Shown in pieces: positions 56,163-64,000 of a stretch of 64,000 bases of DNA (position 1 is the stretch's first letter; every line of letters begins with the position of its first letter). The stretch is from Escherichia coli (lineage in GTDB: Bacteria > Pseudomonadota > Gammaproteobacteria > Enterobacterales > Enterobacteriaceae): the NCBI GenBank assembly GCA_005400705.1, contig GCA_005400705.1_4079.1; one strand, given 5' to 3'. The position numbers and the translations under genes are program-made. Below the pieces are notes generated by a model, which saw nothing but the letters and a program-made list of their open reading frames with translations, had not been told where the DNA came from and did no database searches.

Positions 56163-57011
56163 ATGGAGGATATAATGGCGAATTTAAAACTACTACAAGA
56201 AGCAATTGCGGCGTTTGCAAATGGCGAACAAGATATTGCTGATAAAAAAATGCGTAAGTATTTCGTTGAGCAAGCTCAAGAAATTAACAAACAACTAGAA
56301 GAAAGCATGGAAGATGAAGATTGTGAAGTCGAAGTTAAAGTCAAAGATGAAGAAAAGCTTGACGAAGATTTTGATGTACAACCAGACGAAGGTCTAAATG
56401 CTGAAATCGAATACACCCTTGGTGAAGAAGATGAAAGTGCAGAAGAAGAAGTTGAATTCTCTGCTGATGAAGATGGTGACGGTGAAGACGATGTTGACGT
56501 TGAAGTGAAAGCTGATGCTGATGTTCCTTCCGAAGACCAATGGGAATCAATCCAAGATGCTTTCCGTGGCCTACAACAAATGTTTGATGAAATCGGTGAC
56601 GGTGAAGTTGATCTAGATTCTGAAGAAGAAGTAGAAGATAGCGAAGAAGAAGTTGGCGTTGACGGTGACGACGAATTTGCTGATGTTGAATTCGGTGATG
56701 AAAAATTCGGTGAATCCTTCAAACTAGAAAAAGTTGCTCCAGTTGATAAGAAAGAAAAAGCTGGCACTCATTCCAAATCTCCAGTAGCACCAGAAGCTAA
56801 ATCTCCAGTAGCAGGAGCAGAGCCAGTTAAATTCGCTAAGAAAACTGACCAAGCACCACTACTAGACCTAGATGATAAATCTGTTCTACCAAAAGATAGT
56901 CTAGATCTTGGTAAAAATGCTCGCGGTGAAATGAAAGATGTTAAAGCACCAAAAACTACTGCATCTAATTCTAAATCACCACTAAGCAAAGCACAACCTA
57001 AACTAAAATAA
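56163..57011 (+). CDS. highly acidic prohead core / scaffold-associated protein (gp68-like position)
   Basis: 282 aa with long Glu/Asp-rich tracts; the true start may be ATG 56175. Confidence 0.5.
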   Translation: MEDIMANLKLLQEAIAAFANGEQDIADKKMRKYFVEQAQEINKQLEESMEDEDCEVEVKVKDEEKLDEDFDVQPDEGLNAEIEYTLGEEDESAEEEVEFSADEDGDGEDDVDVEVKADADVPSEDQWESIQDAFRGLQQMFDEIGDGEVDLDSEEEVEDSEEEVGVDGDDEFADVEFGDEKFGESFKLEKVAPVDKKEKAGTHSKSPVAPEAKSPVAGAEPVKFAKKTDQAPLLDLDDKSVLPKDSLDLGKNARGEMKDVKAPKTTASNSKSPLSKAQPKLK

Positions 57012-57031
57012 ATATCTGAAAGGAGATCATT

Positions 57032-57655
57032 ATGAGTAGTATGATTCGTGAATGGTCTTCATTCAATGATTCTAAAGTTGTTTTGGAACATCGTGATAAT
57101 GGATTTGGTGGGCGTGACTGCTATCTTCGTGGTATTGCTATTCAAGCCGACCAACGAAATTTGAACGAGAGAATTTACCCTTTATCTGAAATTACAAGGG
57201 CAGTAAATAACATGAACCAGCGTTTAGCTAAAGGTGAAAGCATTCTTGTTGAATGTGACCATCCAGAAACACTAACTATTAACCTAGACCGAGTAGCAGC
57301 AATGATTACTAAGGTTTGGATGGAAGGTGCTAATGGTATGGCAGAAATCAAACTACTTGATACTGCACATGGTCAAAATATCCGTAAAATGCTAGAGGCT
57401 GGTGTAAAACTTGGTGTAAGTTCTCGCGGTTCCGGTAACGTTGATTATAATGGAATAGTTTCTGATTTTGAAATTATCACTATTGATATTGTTGCTCAAC
57501 CTAGTGCTCCAGAAGCATACCCAACAGCGGTATTTGAATCTCTGATGAGTAAGTACGGATCACCTTGTAATAGTTCTAAAAAAATCACTGAATCTAAAAA
57601 AGTAAATAATTTAGATTCTGAAATATACGATTTTTTCAAGAAATTAAAAGGTTAA
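57032..57655 (+). CDS. prohead core protease (gp21-like)
   Basis: 207 aa; NERIYPLSEI..., GVSSRGSGNVD and AQPSAPEAYPT parallel T4 gp21 (NKRLYPKRIL, GVSSRGLGSLT, GPSAPDAWVT) as recalled from memory. Confidence 0.8.
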   Translation: MSSMIREWSSFNDSKVVLEHRDNGFGGRDCYLRGIAIQADQRNLNERIYPLSEITRAVNNMNQRLAKGESILVECDHPETLTINLDRVAAMITKVWMEGANGMAEIKLLDTAHGQNIRKMLEAGVKLGVSSRGSGNVDYNGIVSDFEIITIDIVAQPSAPEAYPTAVFESLMSKYGSPCNSSKKITESKKVNNLDSEIYDFFKKLKG

Positions 57656-57666
57656 CATTTTAAAAA

Positions 57667-57674
57667 TATAAATA
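57667..57674 (+). promoter_or_regulatory. T4-type late promoter (TATAAATA) overlapping a 9-bp inverted repeat
   Basis: Exact TATAAATA 48 nt upstream of the scaffold ATG; overlaps the inverted repeat ATATCTGTA N8 TACAGATAT at 57672-57697. Confidence 0.5.
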
Positions 57675-57721
57675 TCTGTATGTTGAAGTACAGATATTTC
57701 AGTACTTAAAGGAGAGAACGA

Positions 57722-58837
57722 ATGTCTAAATTAGAAAAGCTTCTAAAAGAATCATCTCTTTCTGATGAGGCAAAACAGCTAATTCAGGAAGCATGGAATG
57801 AAGAAAAGAATACACTAGCCGCAGAGATGCGTGAAGAAATGAAAGGCCGTTATCAGCAAGATTTGGCTGAACTAACCGAAGGTTTGAACACTATGGTTAC
57901 TCAAGTCATTGCTGAAGAAATGGGTGCTGTATATGAAGAGAAAAAACGTCTCGTTGAAGATCGTGTAACTCTACGTAAAACACTAAGCAATTTCTCTGCG
58001 TTTTCAAACTCTGTTTTGGCTGAAGAAGTTAAACAAATGCGTAAAGAACGTAAGCATCTTCATGAATGCATGGGTAAATTCGTTAATTTTTCTAACGGTA
58101 TCCTAGCAGAAGAGCTAAAAGAATTCCACACTGAAAAACGTCAACTAGTTGAAACTCGCGTTAAACTACTTGCTGAAGGTTCACGTCAAATTGCTGAAGC
58201 TCGTAATAACTTCATCAAACGTACATCTGAAAGTGCTGCTAAATATATTGCAGAAACCACTCAGAAGAATCTATATGCGTTGAAACAAGATCTAGTGGAA
58301 GCAAAACAAAATATGTTTGGTCGTAAAATCTTTGAAGCATTTGCTCAAGAGTTTAATGTCAAACAATTTAATGAAAACTCATTGCTACGTTCCCTAACTG
58401 AATCAATTAAATCTAAAGAAGATGAAATTGCTCAAGTTAAGCAAGAACTACATGAAACTGCTAATGCGGTTAAAGCTGCTAAAACCAAACTACGTATTAT
58501 GGAAGATGCACAAGCACGTAATGCGATTATGTCTGAACTAGTAAAACCACTAACTGCACAGCAAAAACAAATTATGGAATCTCTTCTAGCTACTTCACCT
58601 ACTGAAAAGCTTAAAGAAGATTTCAGCAAGTACCATAAGTCAGTACTTAACGGTACTAAAGTAAATGAATCTGCTACCACTCGTCAAGCAGTTCAGTCTT
58701 CCGCTAAGAAAACTCTTGCAGAAGGTAAAGTAATCACTGGCAACCGTCAGGCTATTGTTGAAAGCGAAGAAATGACCGCTGACGATATGGCATTCCTAAA
58801 AGAACTCGATGTTCTTTCAGGTATCAATAAAAAATAA
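57722..58837 (+). CDS. prohead scaffold protein (gp22-like)
   Basis: 371 aa, charged and coiled-coil-like (Glu/Lys/Ala/Leu-rich), between protease and major capsid genes. Confidence 0.6.
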   Translation: MSKLEKLLKESSLSDEAKQLIQEAWNEEKNTLAAEMREEMKGRYQQDLAELTEGLNTMVTQVIAEEMGAVYEEKKRLVEDRVTLRKTLSNFSAFSNSVLAEEVKQMRKERKHLHECMGKFVNFSNGILAEELKEFHTEKRQLVETRVKLLAEGSRQIAEARNNFIKRTSESAAKYIAETTQKNLYALKQDLVEAKQNMFGRKIFEAFAQEFNVKQFNENSLLRSLTESIKSKEDEIAQVKQELHETANAVKAAKTKLRIMEDAQARNAIMSELVKPLTAQQKQIMESLLATSPTEKLKEDFSKYHKSVLNGTKVNESATTRQAVQSSAKKTLAEGKVITGNRQAIVESEEMTADDMAFLKELDVLSGINKK

Positions 58838-58875
58838 ACATTTTAAAGCATTTTAATAATCAAATTTTTCAGTTC

Positions 58876-58883
58876 TATAAATA
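58876..58883 (+). promoter_or_regulatory. T4-type late promoter (TATAAATA) of the major capsid gene
   Basis: Exact TATAAATA 45 nt upstream of the capsid ATG, followed by an AAGGAGA RBS. Confidence 0.55.
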
Positions 58884-58928
58884 ATATCATACTGAAAAAC
58901 GAATATAACATCTTTAAGGAGATATATA

Positions 58929-60104
58929 ATGTCACAACTACTAAATGAATCCAAATGGGTAGCAGTAAAAGAGAAACTAGTTGAAGGTCTACAGGGTACT
59001 CGTAAGTCTGTAATGGAAACTGTTCTTGATAACCATCGTAAAGTTATGCTAACTGAATCCGCAACTTCTGGTGCAACTACCGCTGGTAACATCGCTACTC
59101 TAAACAAAGTGATTCTACCAATTATGCGTCGTGTAATGCCAACCGTTATTGCTAACGAAATCATCGGTGTTCAACCTATGACTGGTCCAGTTGGTCAGAT
59201 CCACACCCTACGTGTACAATATGCTGATAACGCACCTGGTGTAATCGCTGGTGAAGAAATGCTTTCTCCATACAAAATCGCTAAATCTTACTCTGGTGAT
59301 CTAAATGCGGATAATAGCAACCCACAAGCTGCTCCTACTAGCCAACTAGAAGGTACTATGGGTCGTCGCGTTAACATCCGTATTCTACGTGAAACTGTTG
59401 AAGCGAAATCTCGTCGTCTATCTGCACGTTGGACTGTTGAATCTGCACAAGATGCTCAATCCCAACATGGTGTTGACGTTGAAGCAGAACTAATGGCTGC
59501 AATCGCTCAAGAAGTTACTGTAGAAATCGACCAAGAGCTACTAAGCCGTCTACGTGCACTACCTGGTGCTGCTGCTGTAACTTATGACCAATCTAAAGTT
59601 ACTGGTGTTGCAACCTTCGTTGGTGATGAGCACGCTGCTCTAGCTACTCTAATTAACCGTCAAGCAAACGAAGTTGCTCGTCGTACTAAGCGTGGTGCTG
59701 CAAACTGGGCTGTTGTTTCCCCAACTGCACTAACCATTCTACAATCTGCTACTACTTCTAGCTTTGCACGTACCACTGAAGGTACTTTTGAAGCACCAAC
59801 TAACGTTAAGTTTGTAGGTACTCTAAACAGCACTATGCGTATTTTCGTTGATACCTATGCTAGTGATGCAGAAGATATTCTAATTGGTTATAAAGGTAAT
59901 GCGGAAACTGATGCTGGTGTATTCTATTGCCCATACATCCCACTAATGGCTTCTGGTACTGTAATGGACCCTAACACTGGTGAACTCGTGACCACATTTT
60001 TAACACGCTATGGCTACGTTCAGCTAACCGACAGTACTTCATCTCTTGGTAACGCTGCTGACTACTACAGCAAAATCGCTATCAAAAACGTTACTTTCAT
60101 GTAA
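58929..60104 (+). CDS. major capsid protein (gp23-like)
   Basis: 391 aa; PTVIANEIIGVQPMTGPVGQIHTLRVQY, EAKSRRLSARWTVESAQD and GYKGNAETDAGVFYCPYIPL parallel T4 gp23 (PNLIAFDICGVQPMNSPTGQVFALRAVY, EAKSRQLKAAYSIELAQD, GYKGPNEMDAGIYYAPYVAL) as recalled from memory. Confidence 0.85.
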   Translation: MSQLLNESKWVAVKEKLVEGLQGTRKSVMETVLDNHRKVMLTESATSGATTAGNIATLNKVILPIMRRVMPTVIANEIIGVQPMTGPVGQIHTLRVQYADNAPGVIAGEEMLSPYKIAKSYSGDLNADNSNPQAAPTSQLEGTMGRRVNIRILRETVEAKSRRLSARWTVESAQDAQSQHGVDVEAELMAAIAQEVTVEIDQELLSRLRALPGAAAVTYDQSKVTGVATFVGDEHAALATLINRQANEVARRTKRGAANWAVVSPTALTILQSATTSSFARTTEGTFEAPTNVKFVGTLNSTMRIFVDTYASDAEDILIGYKGNAETDAGVFYCPYIPLMASGTVMDPNTGELVTTFLTRYGYVQLTDSTSSLGNAADYYSKIAIKNVTFM

Positions 60105-60146
60105 TTATAAACGATTTAAAAGATTTAATCAAGAATATAAAAACAA

Positions 60147-60177
60147 TAGGGACTCTTCGGAGTCCCTTTTCTTTTGT
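60147..60177 (+). terminator. intrinsic terminator after the major capsid gene
   Basis: AGGGACTC-TTCG-GAGTCCCT hairpin (UUCG tetraloop) followed by TTTCTTTTGTGTT. Confidence 0.8.
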
Positions 60178-60190
60178 GTTAAAAAAATGC

Positions 60191-60219
60191 TTGACAGAAT
60201 ATTTTTAATTATATATAAT
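60191..60219 (+). promoter_or_regulatory. consensus sigma70 promoter (TTGACA-N17-TATAAT)
   Basis: Perfect -35 TTGACA 60191-60196 and perfect -10 TATAAT 60214-60219 with a 17-nt spacer, between the capsid terminator and the homing endonuclease ORF. Confidence 0.65.
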
Positions 60220-60252
60220 TATCAAATCGAAACCAAGTTGAGTAAATTGAAA

Positions 60253-61341
60253 ATGTTAATTGAAAATTTCAAAAAGAAAATGAATGAAAAATATGGAATG
60301 TATGGTGAGTTTGATTTTAATTCGATGATTTTTAAATCTAGCAAAACTACCTTGAAATGTAACAAATGTGGTATTGAAAATACAAAGTCTGCAATTCGTC
60401 ATATCTCATGTACTTGCTCTAACTGTTATAGTAACATGTCCCAGCGTTCCAATAATGATGATTTCATTTTAAAAGTTGAAAAGAAATTCGGGACTGAAAA
60501 ATTTAAATTTGATAAATTGGTTTATGTTAATGCAAAAACTCCAGTTACAATATTCTGCACTAAACATAATGGTTATTTTCACATAACACCAAATAAGTTA
60601 TTAACTGGTGCTGGATGTAACGTTTGTAATATTAATGTAGTGCATACGAATAATGAATTTATAAAAATTGTTAAACGTAATTATGGTGATAAATTTAGTT
60701 TCCAAAAAACCAACTATATTAACAGAACAACAAAAGTCACAGTGCATTGCAATGAAGGAAATCATGATTGGGAAGTTGATCCAAAAACATTGATACTTGG
60801 GAAGTCAGGATGTGGTATATGTTCAGGTAAAGGTGGGAGAACAACCGAGCAATTTATTGCAGAAGCTGTAAAAGTTCATAACAATAATTATGATTACTCA
60901 TCTGTTATGTATGAGCATAGTGAAAAAATGGTCGAGATAAAATGCAACAATTGTAAAAATATTTTTCATCAGCAACCTAAAGCACATTTGACAGGTCGTG
61001 GTTGTCCAAAATGCGGTAAGTATGGTTATCAGACTTCCAAGCCTGGATATTTTTATGTACAGAAACTAACTAATAAAGATAAAACCGTTTACAAATATGG
61101 AATCACTGGTGATATGAAACGTAGAGTGAACGAACAGAGTCGTGATTCTGAATTCGTCCATGAAGTACTAGTAGAACGTTTCTTCGAAGATGGTAATAAA
61201 CCCCTCTTACTGGAAAAGTTTATCAAGCAGTACATTGAAAGTGGAGTAGTAAGTACTGAAGAGTTGCCGTCAGGATTTACTGAAACGTTTGATGAAAAGT
61301 ATCTAAAATCTGTACTGGAAATTGTAAATACCTTTAAGTAA
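60253..61341 (+). CDS. free-standing homing endonuclease-like protein: zinc-ribbon repeat array plus T5orf172 (GIY-YIG-like) nuclease domain
   Basis: Four ~45-aa repeats ending in GC..C (F.F...Y.N.....V...C...H..F...P..L.G.GC.VC); C-terminal GYFYVQKL...YKYGITGDMKRRVNEQ resembles T5orf172; ORF-track start 60046 would overlap the capsid gene and terminator, so ATG 60253 downstream of the promoter is preferred. Confidence 0.6.
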   Translation: MLIENFKKKMNEKYGMYGEFDFNSMIFKSSKTTLKCNKCGIENTKSAIRHISCTCSNCYSNMSQRSNNDDFILKVEKKFGTEKFKFDKLVYVNAKTPVTIFCTKHNGYFHITPNKLLTGAGCNVCNINVVHTNNEFIKIVKRNYGDKFSFQKTNYINRTTKVTVHCNEGNHDWEVDPKTLILGKSGCGICSGKGGRTTEQFIAEAVKVHNNNYDYSSVMYEHSEKMVEIKCNNCKNIFHQQPKAHLTGRGCPKCGKYGYQTSKPGYFYVQKLTNKDKTVYKYGITGDMKRRVNEQSRDSEFVHEVLVERFFEDGNKPLLLEKFIKQYIESGVVSTEELPSGFTETFDEKYLKSVLEIVNTFK

Positions 61342-61364
61342 ACAATCTAAAGGAGTTGACACGG

Positions 61365-61715
61365 ATGTTAACTGTATACAAATTTAAAAGAGAAGAGTAC
61401 TTAAAGAGCCAGTACTCAAATATAGAAATAAATGTTCCTTATGGTACGTTAGTTGGATACGATGAAGCCACTGAAACATTGTATTATAATGATGATAGAT
61501 TAGATTATAGTTTAGATTCTTTCATAGAAGATATACTTAATACACATACTGAAGATATGTTGTATGAAGAATACATCGATCATTATAGAGAACGTATGTC
61601 GCTGCTGCATTCTGATGCTCCTGTGCTAAACATTGCACAAGAACCCTCGGAATTTCAGCCACATAATCCTTTTCAACGTTTAATTGATATTGGTTTAAAA
61701 TTCACTATTAATTGA
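61365..61715 (+). CDS. hypothetical protein
   Basis: ORF-track 61356 start is TTG; ATG 61365 has an AGGAG RBS at 9 nt; no family recognised. Confidence 0.45.
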   Translation: MLTVYKFKREEYLKSQYSNIEINVPYGTLVGYDEATETLYYNDDRLDYSLDSFIEDILNTHTEDMLYEEYIDHYRERMSLLHSDAPVLNIAQEPSEFQPHNPFQRLIDIGLKFTIN

Positions 61716-61754
61716 TAGATAAATATCTCCATATTAATGATGGAGATTGAATCT

Positions 61755-62063
61755 ATGTCACAGATATGTTATGTTATAATAAACTCTGCATGGCCTGACT
61801 ATGTTAAGATTGGTTTCACTTCTAAATCTGAAATGACAGAGCGTTTGAGAACGTATCAGACAGCTACCCCGTTTCGTGATTTTGAAGTTTATCATGAAGT
61901 TCACTTTGAAGACGCACGTTTAGCTGAAAAAGAGATACATAAAAGGCTTAAACAAATGAATGCAACTAGACAACCAAACACGGAGTGGTTTAAAATGTCT
62001 AAAAAGATAGCAGCAAACATCATTGATTCTGTGTGGGATGATATGGATAACGACTTGCTATAG
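61755..62063 (+). CDS. stand-alone T5orf172 (GIY-YIG-like) domain protein
   Basis: ICYVIINSAWPDYVKIGFTSKSEMTERLRTYQT fits the T5orf172 core; start set at ATG 61755 (GGAGA RBS at 8 nt) rather than 61737. Confidence 0.55.
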   Translation: MSQICYVIINSAWPDYVKIGFTSKSEMTERLRTYQTATPFRDFEVYHEVHFEDARLAEKEIHKRLKQMNATRQPNTEWFKMSKKIAANIIDSVWDDMDNDLL

Positions 62064-62103
62064 GAATAAATATAGTATATATTAATCATAAAGGGATTTA
62101 TAC

Positions 62104-63729
62104 ATGAGCATAAGTTTTAATAACCCATTGGATACAATGACCAGTACTGGTGCTAATGGATCTTTAGAACTAATAGTGCTTGGTGGTACACCAACTAACC
62201 CAAGACCTATTCGTTTTAATTCGTCATCAGTTATTATACCAGTACAAACTTTACCTACTGGTGAACAAGGTGCAATGGTTTTTGATCGAAGCGAATTAGT
62301 TTTGAAGTATCATAACGGTACAAGTTGGGTTGCAGTATATGATACTGATACTATTTTGGAACCAATTAGAATTTCATTAGATGAAGTAAACCGAAAATTA
62401 AATTTAAAAGTAGAAAGTGTAACATACAGTAGTAGTACTGTTCCTAGTGCAAGTATTAGTGGAACAACCTTAAACATTGTATTCCCTACTGCTTCTAGTG
62501 GTGGTTCTGGTCCAACTGGTCTTTACACTTCACTTAAACCTGGTGCTATTACACAATATTCATTGACTTCTGGACAAACTGTTGCTAGTATTCGTGAACA
62601 GATGTCTGGAGTAACTAATGGTCAAAGTGGTCGTAATGGTTCACAAGGTTCTCCGTGGAAAACTTCTGATGGTTGGTGTTTTGCTGATGGTATGTGGTGG
62701 CAATGGGAGGGGGAAAATGGTACAATCACTAAACAAGTTCCAAATCTTAACCAAGAAGCATACTTGAAAGGCATTACCACATCAGGCGTAACTAAAACTG
62801 ATAGTGTGATTGCAAGTAGTGCATCAATTAGTGGTACTGCGATATCAATTGCTCAACTTCCACCGCACTCATTTAGTTTCAGTGGAACTACTGGTGCTGC
62901 TGGTCGTCATGGTCATAGCCAAGCACTAAGAGGTATGGACAGAAGTGGTCTTAATGCGTTAACATCCAGTAACGACAACGGAATCCCAACTGTAATTAAT
63001 AACATTAACGAAGCACCTGATCACGTGCATAGTTTCAGTGGTTCAACCAATACCGTTGGTAGTGGACAAGCACATACCCACGGAATTAGCAATATTGACG
63101 TACCACACTTTAATGTGGCATACTTATATAACATTGCTGAGTCTAACGTTGCATTGAGTGAAAAAGTTGCAAACACCCGTTATGTACTTAAAACTGGTGA
63201 TGTAATGACTGGTTCATTGACTATTGCTAACAGTGCTTCTATACGTTCAAATGACACTTCATTAGTACTTTACTTCCGTAACGCTACTAATGGTGAACGT
63301 GCAGCAATTTATCATAATTCATCTAACAATACATTACGTTTGAGAAGTAATGGTGGTTCGGAAGTTACAATTAACTCTTCTGGTGTACTTTATGCCCCAT
63401 CAGTTACTGGTGCATCATTGTCTATTTCTGGAAACACTGCAACTGTTGCCAGTAAAAACATCGTAAGATCTATTAACGGTAACAACGCTGATGTAAACGG
63501 TAACGTAACTTTAACACTAGGTGCTGTACAAGATGTTCGTTTAAGTAAAAGAACAACTACGCGACATGTTCCTGATTCTTCTTGGAACTATGTACCTGAA
63601 GGTGCTACACTTGATGGGTTGTTTATTTCAGTAAATGGTAGTTCAGGTACACACGTTGAAGGTTTGAGTTGGAGATATACACAAAAACTTGTAAATGGTG
63701 TATGGACTAACGTAGTAGTGGAGTCTTAA
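62104..63729 (+). CDS. tail fibre protein with phage tail-collar domain
   Basis: 541 aa; WCFADGMWWQWEGENG...AQLPPHSFSFSGTTGAAGRHGHSQ...APDHVHSFSGS...AHTHGI resembles the tail-collar fold of T4 gp12-type fibres; VLKTGDVMTGSLTI fibre motif. Confidence 0.7.
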   Translation: MSISFNNPLDTMTSTGANGSLELIVLGGTPTNPRPIRFNSSSVIIPVQTLPTGEQGAMVFDRSELVLKYHNGTSWVAVYDTDTILEPIRISLDEVNRKLNLKVESVTYSSSTVPSASISGTTLNIVFPTASSGGSGPTGLYTSLKPGAITQYSLTSGQTVASIREQMSGVTNGQSGRNGSQGSPWKTSDGWCFADGMWWQWEGENGTITKQVPNLNQEAYLKGITTSGVTKTDSVIASSASISGTAISIAQLPPHSFSFSGTTGAAGRHGHSQALRGMDRSGLNALTSSNDNGIPTVINNINEAPDHVHSFSGSTNTVGSGQAHTHGISNIDVPHFNVAYLYNIAESNVALSEKVANTRYVLKTGDVMTGSLTIANSASIRSNDTSLVLYFRNATNGERAAIYHNSSNNTLRLRSNGGSEVTINSSGVLYAPSVTGASLSISGNTATVASKNIVRSINGNNADVNGNVTLTLGAVQDVRLSKRTTTRHVPDSSWNYVPEGATLDGLFISVNGSSGTHVEGLSWRYTQKLVNGVWTNVVVES

Positions 63730-63730
63730 T

Positions 63731-64000
63731 ATGAAAACGTATACAAATTTCAAAAAATATATACCAGTAGAAAAAAAACATGGAGATAATGTTCTTTATC
63801 TATTGTCAGATGAGGGTATTGACTGGTATGATTGTCAAACCGAATTCAGACAAGATACTTTAAAAGTTCAGTACTCTGACGATGGTTATATTGCACAAGC
63901 ATCATATGATGTAACATTGTTAGTACCGTATGGATACAGTGTTTCTGAGTTGGAGCATGATGGAGATGAAGATGAAGTAGTTGGTAAAATCTATGATGGA
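63731..64000 (+). CDS. tail fibre assembly chaperone (Tfa-like), 5' partial
   Basis: Open frame from ATG 63731 to the window edge (not in the ORF track, no stop); MKTYTNFKKYIPVEKKHGDNVLYLLSDEGIDWYDCQTEFRQDTLKVQY matches the N-terminal pattern of lambda/T4-type Tfa chaperones. Confidence 0.6.
   Translation, partial: MKTYTNFKKYIPVEKKHGDNVLYLLSDEGIDWYDCQTEFRQDTLKVQYSDDGYIAQASYDVTLLVPYGYSVSELEHDGDEDEVVGKIYDG

Larger units (their letters stand above)
60147..61341 (+). mobile_element. homing endonuclease gene cassette inserted directly 3' of the major capsid gene
   Basis: Own consensus promoter and nuclease ORF wedged between capsid and downstream genes; paralogous zinc-ribbon array to the cassette at 48788-49850. 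Confidence 0.45.

Noticed and set aside
56276-56767. 163-aa and 69-aa Ser-rich minus-strand ORFs
   Set aside because: Antisense artefacts of the Glu/Asp-rich codons (GAA/GAT read in reverse as TTC/ATC) of the acidic core protein gene.
60046-60252. 5' extension of the 431-aa homing endonuclease ORF overlapping the capsid gene
   Set aside because: The extension runs through the capsid stop, its terminator hairpin and a consensus promoter; ATG 60253 downstream of the promoter is the more plausible start.

Overview
This window looks like a fragment of a large virulent contractile-tailed phage carrying T4-core genes in a non-T4 arrangement; all calls are from reading the sequence and ORF track by eye, with no database search, HMM or RNA folding run. 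Recognisable blocks are: an early operon ending in thymidylate synthase (1-2695); a minus-strand cluster of at least five fibre/tailspike genes (2730-15520); Nudix hydrolase and structural genes (17853-21164); a full-length ClpA-type unfoldase (21275-23563); a baseplate module in Mu/pyocin-like order (23599-44132); gp55-gp47-gp46 (44264-48277); a T4-like head module from portal to major capsid protein (54033-60104); and a tail-collar fibre plus assembly chaperone (62104-64000). Free-standing homing-endonuclease-like genes sit after gp46 and directly after the capsid gene. The most unusual locus is an ORF-poor ~0.8 kb stretch (49851-50640) bracketed by an early-type promoter and an intrinsic terminator, which I read as an undescribed ~450-nt structured RNA, possibly paired with a small antisense hydrophobic peptide. 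Other points of interest are the phage ClpA with an apparently intact ClpP-docking loop, an unusual hub spike protein with an adjacent lysozyme paralogue, a 3300-residue baseplate protein, and two recurring promoter classes.
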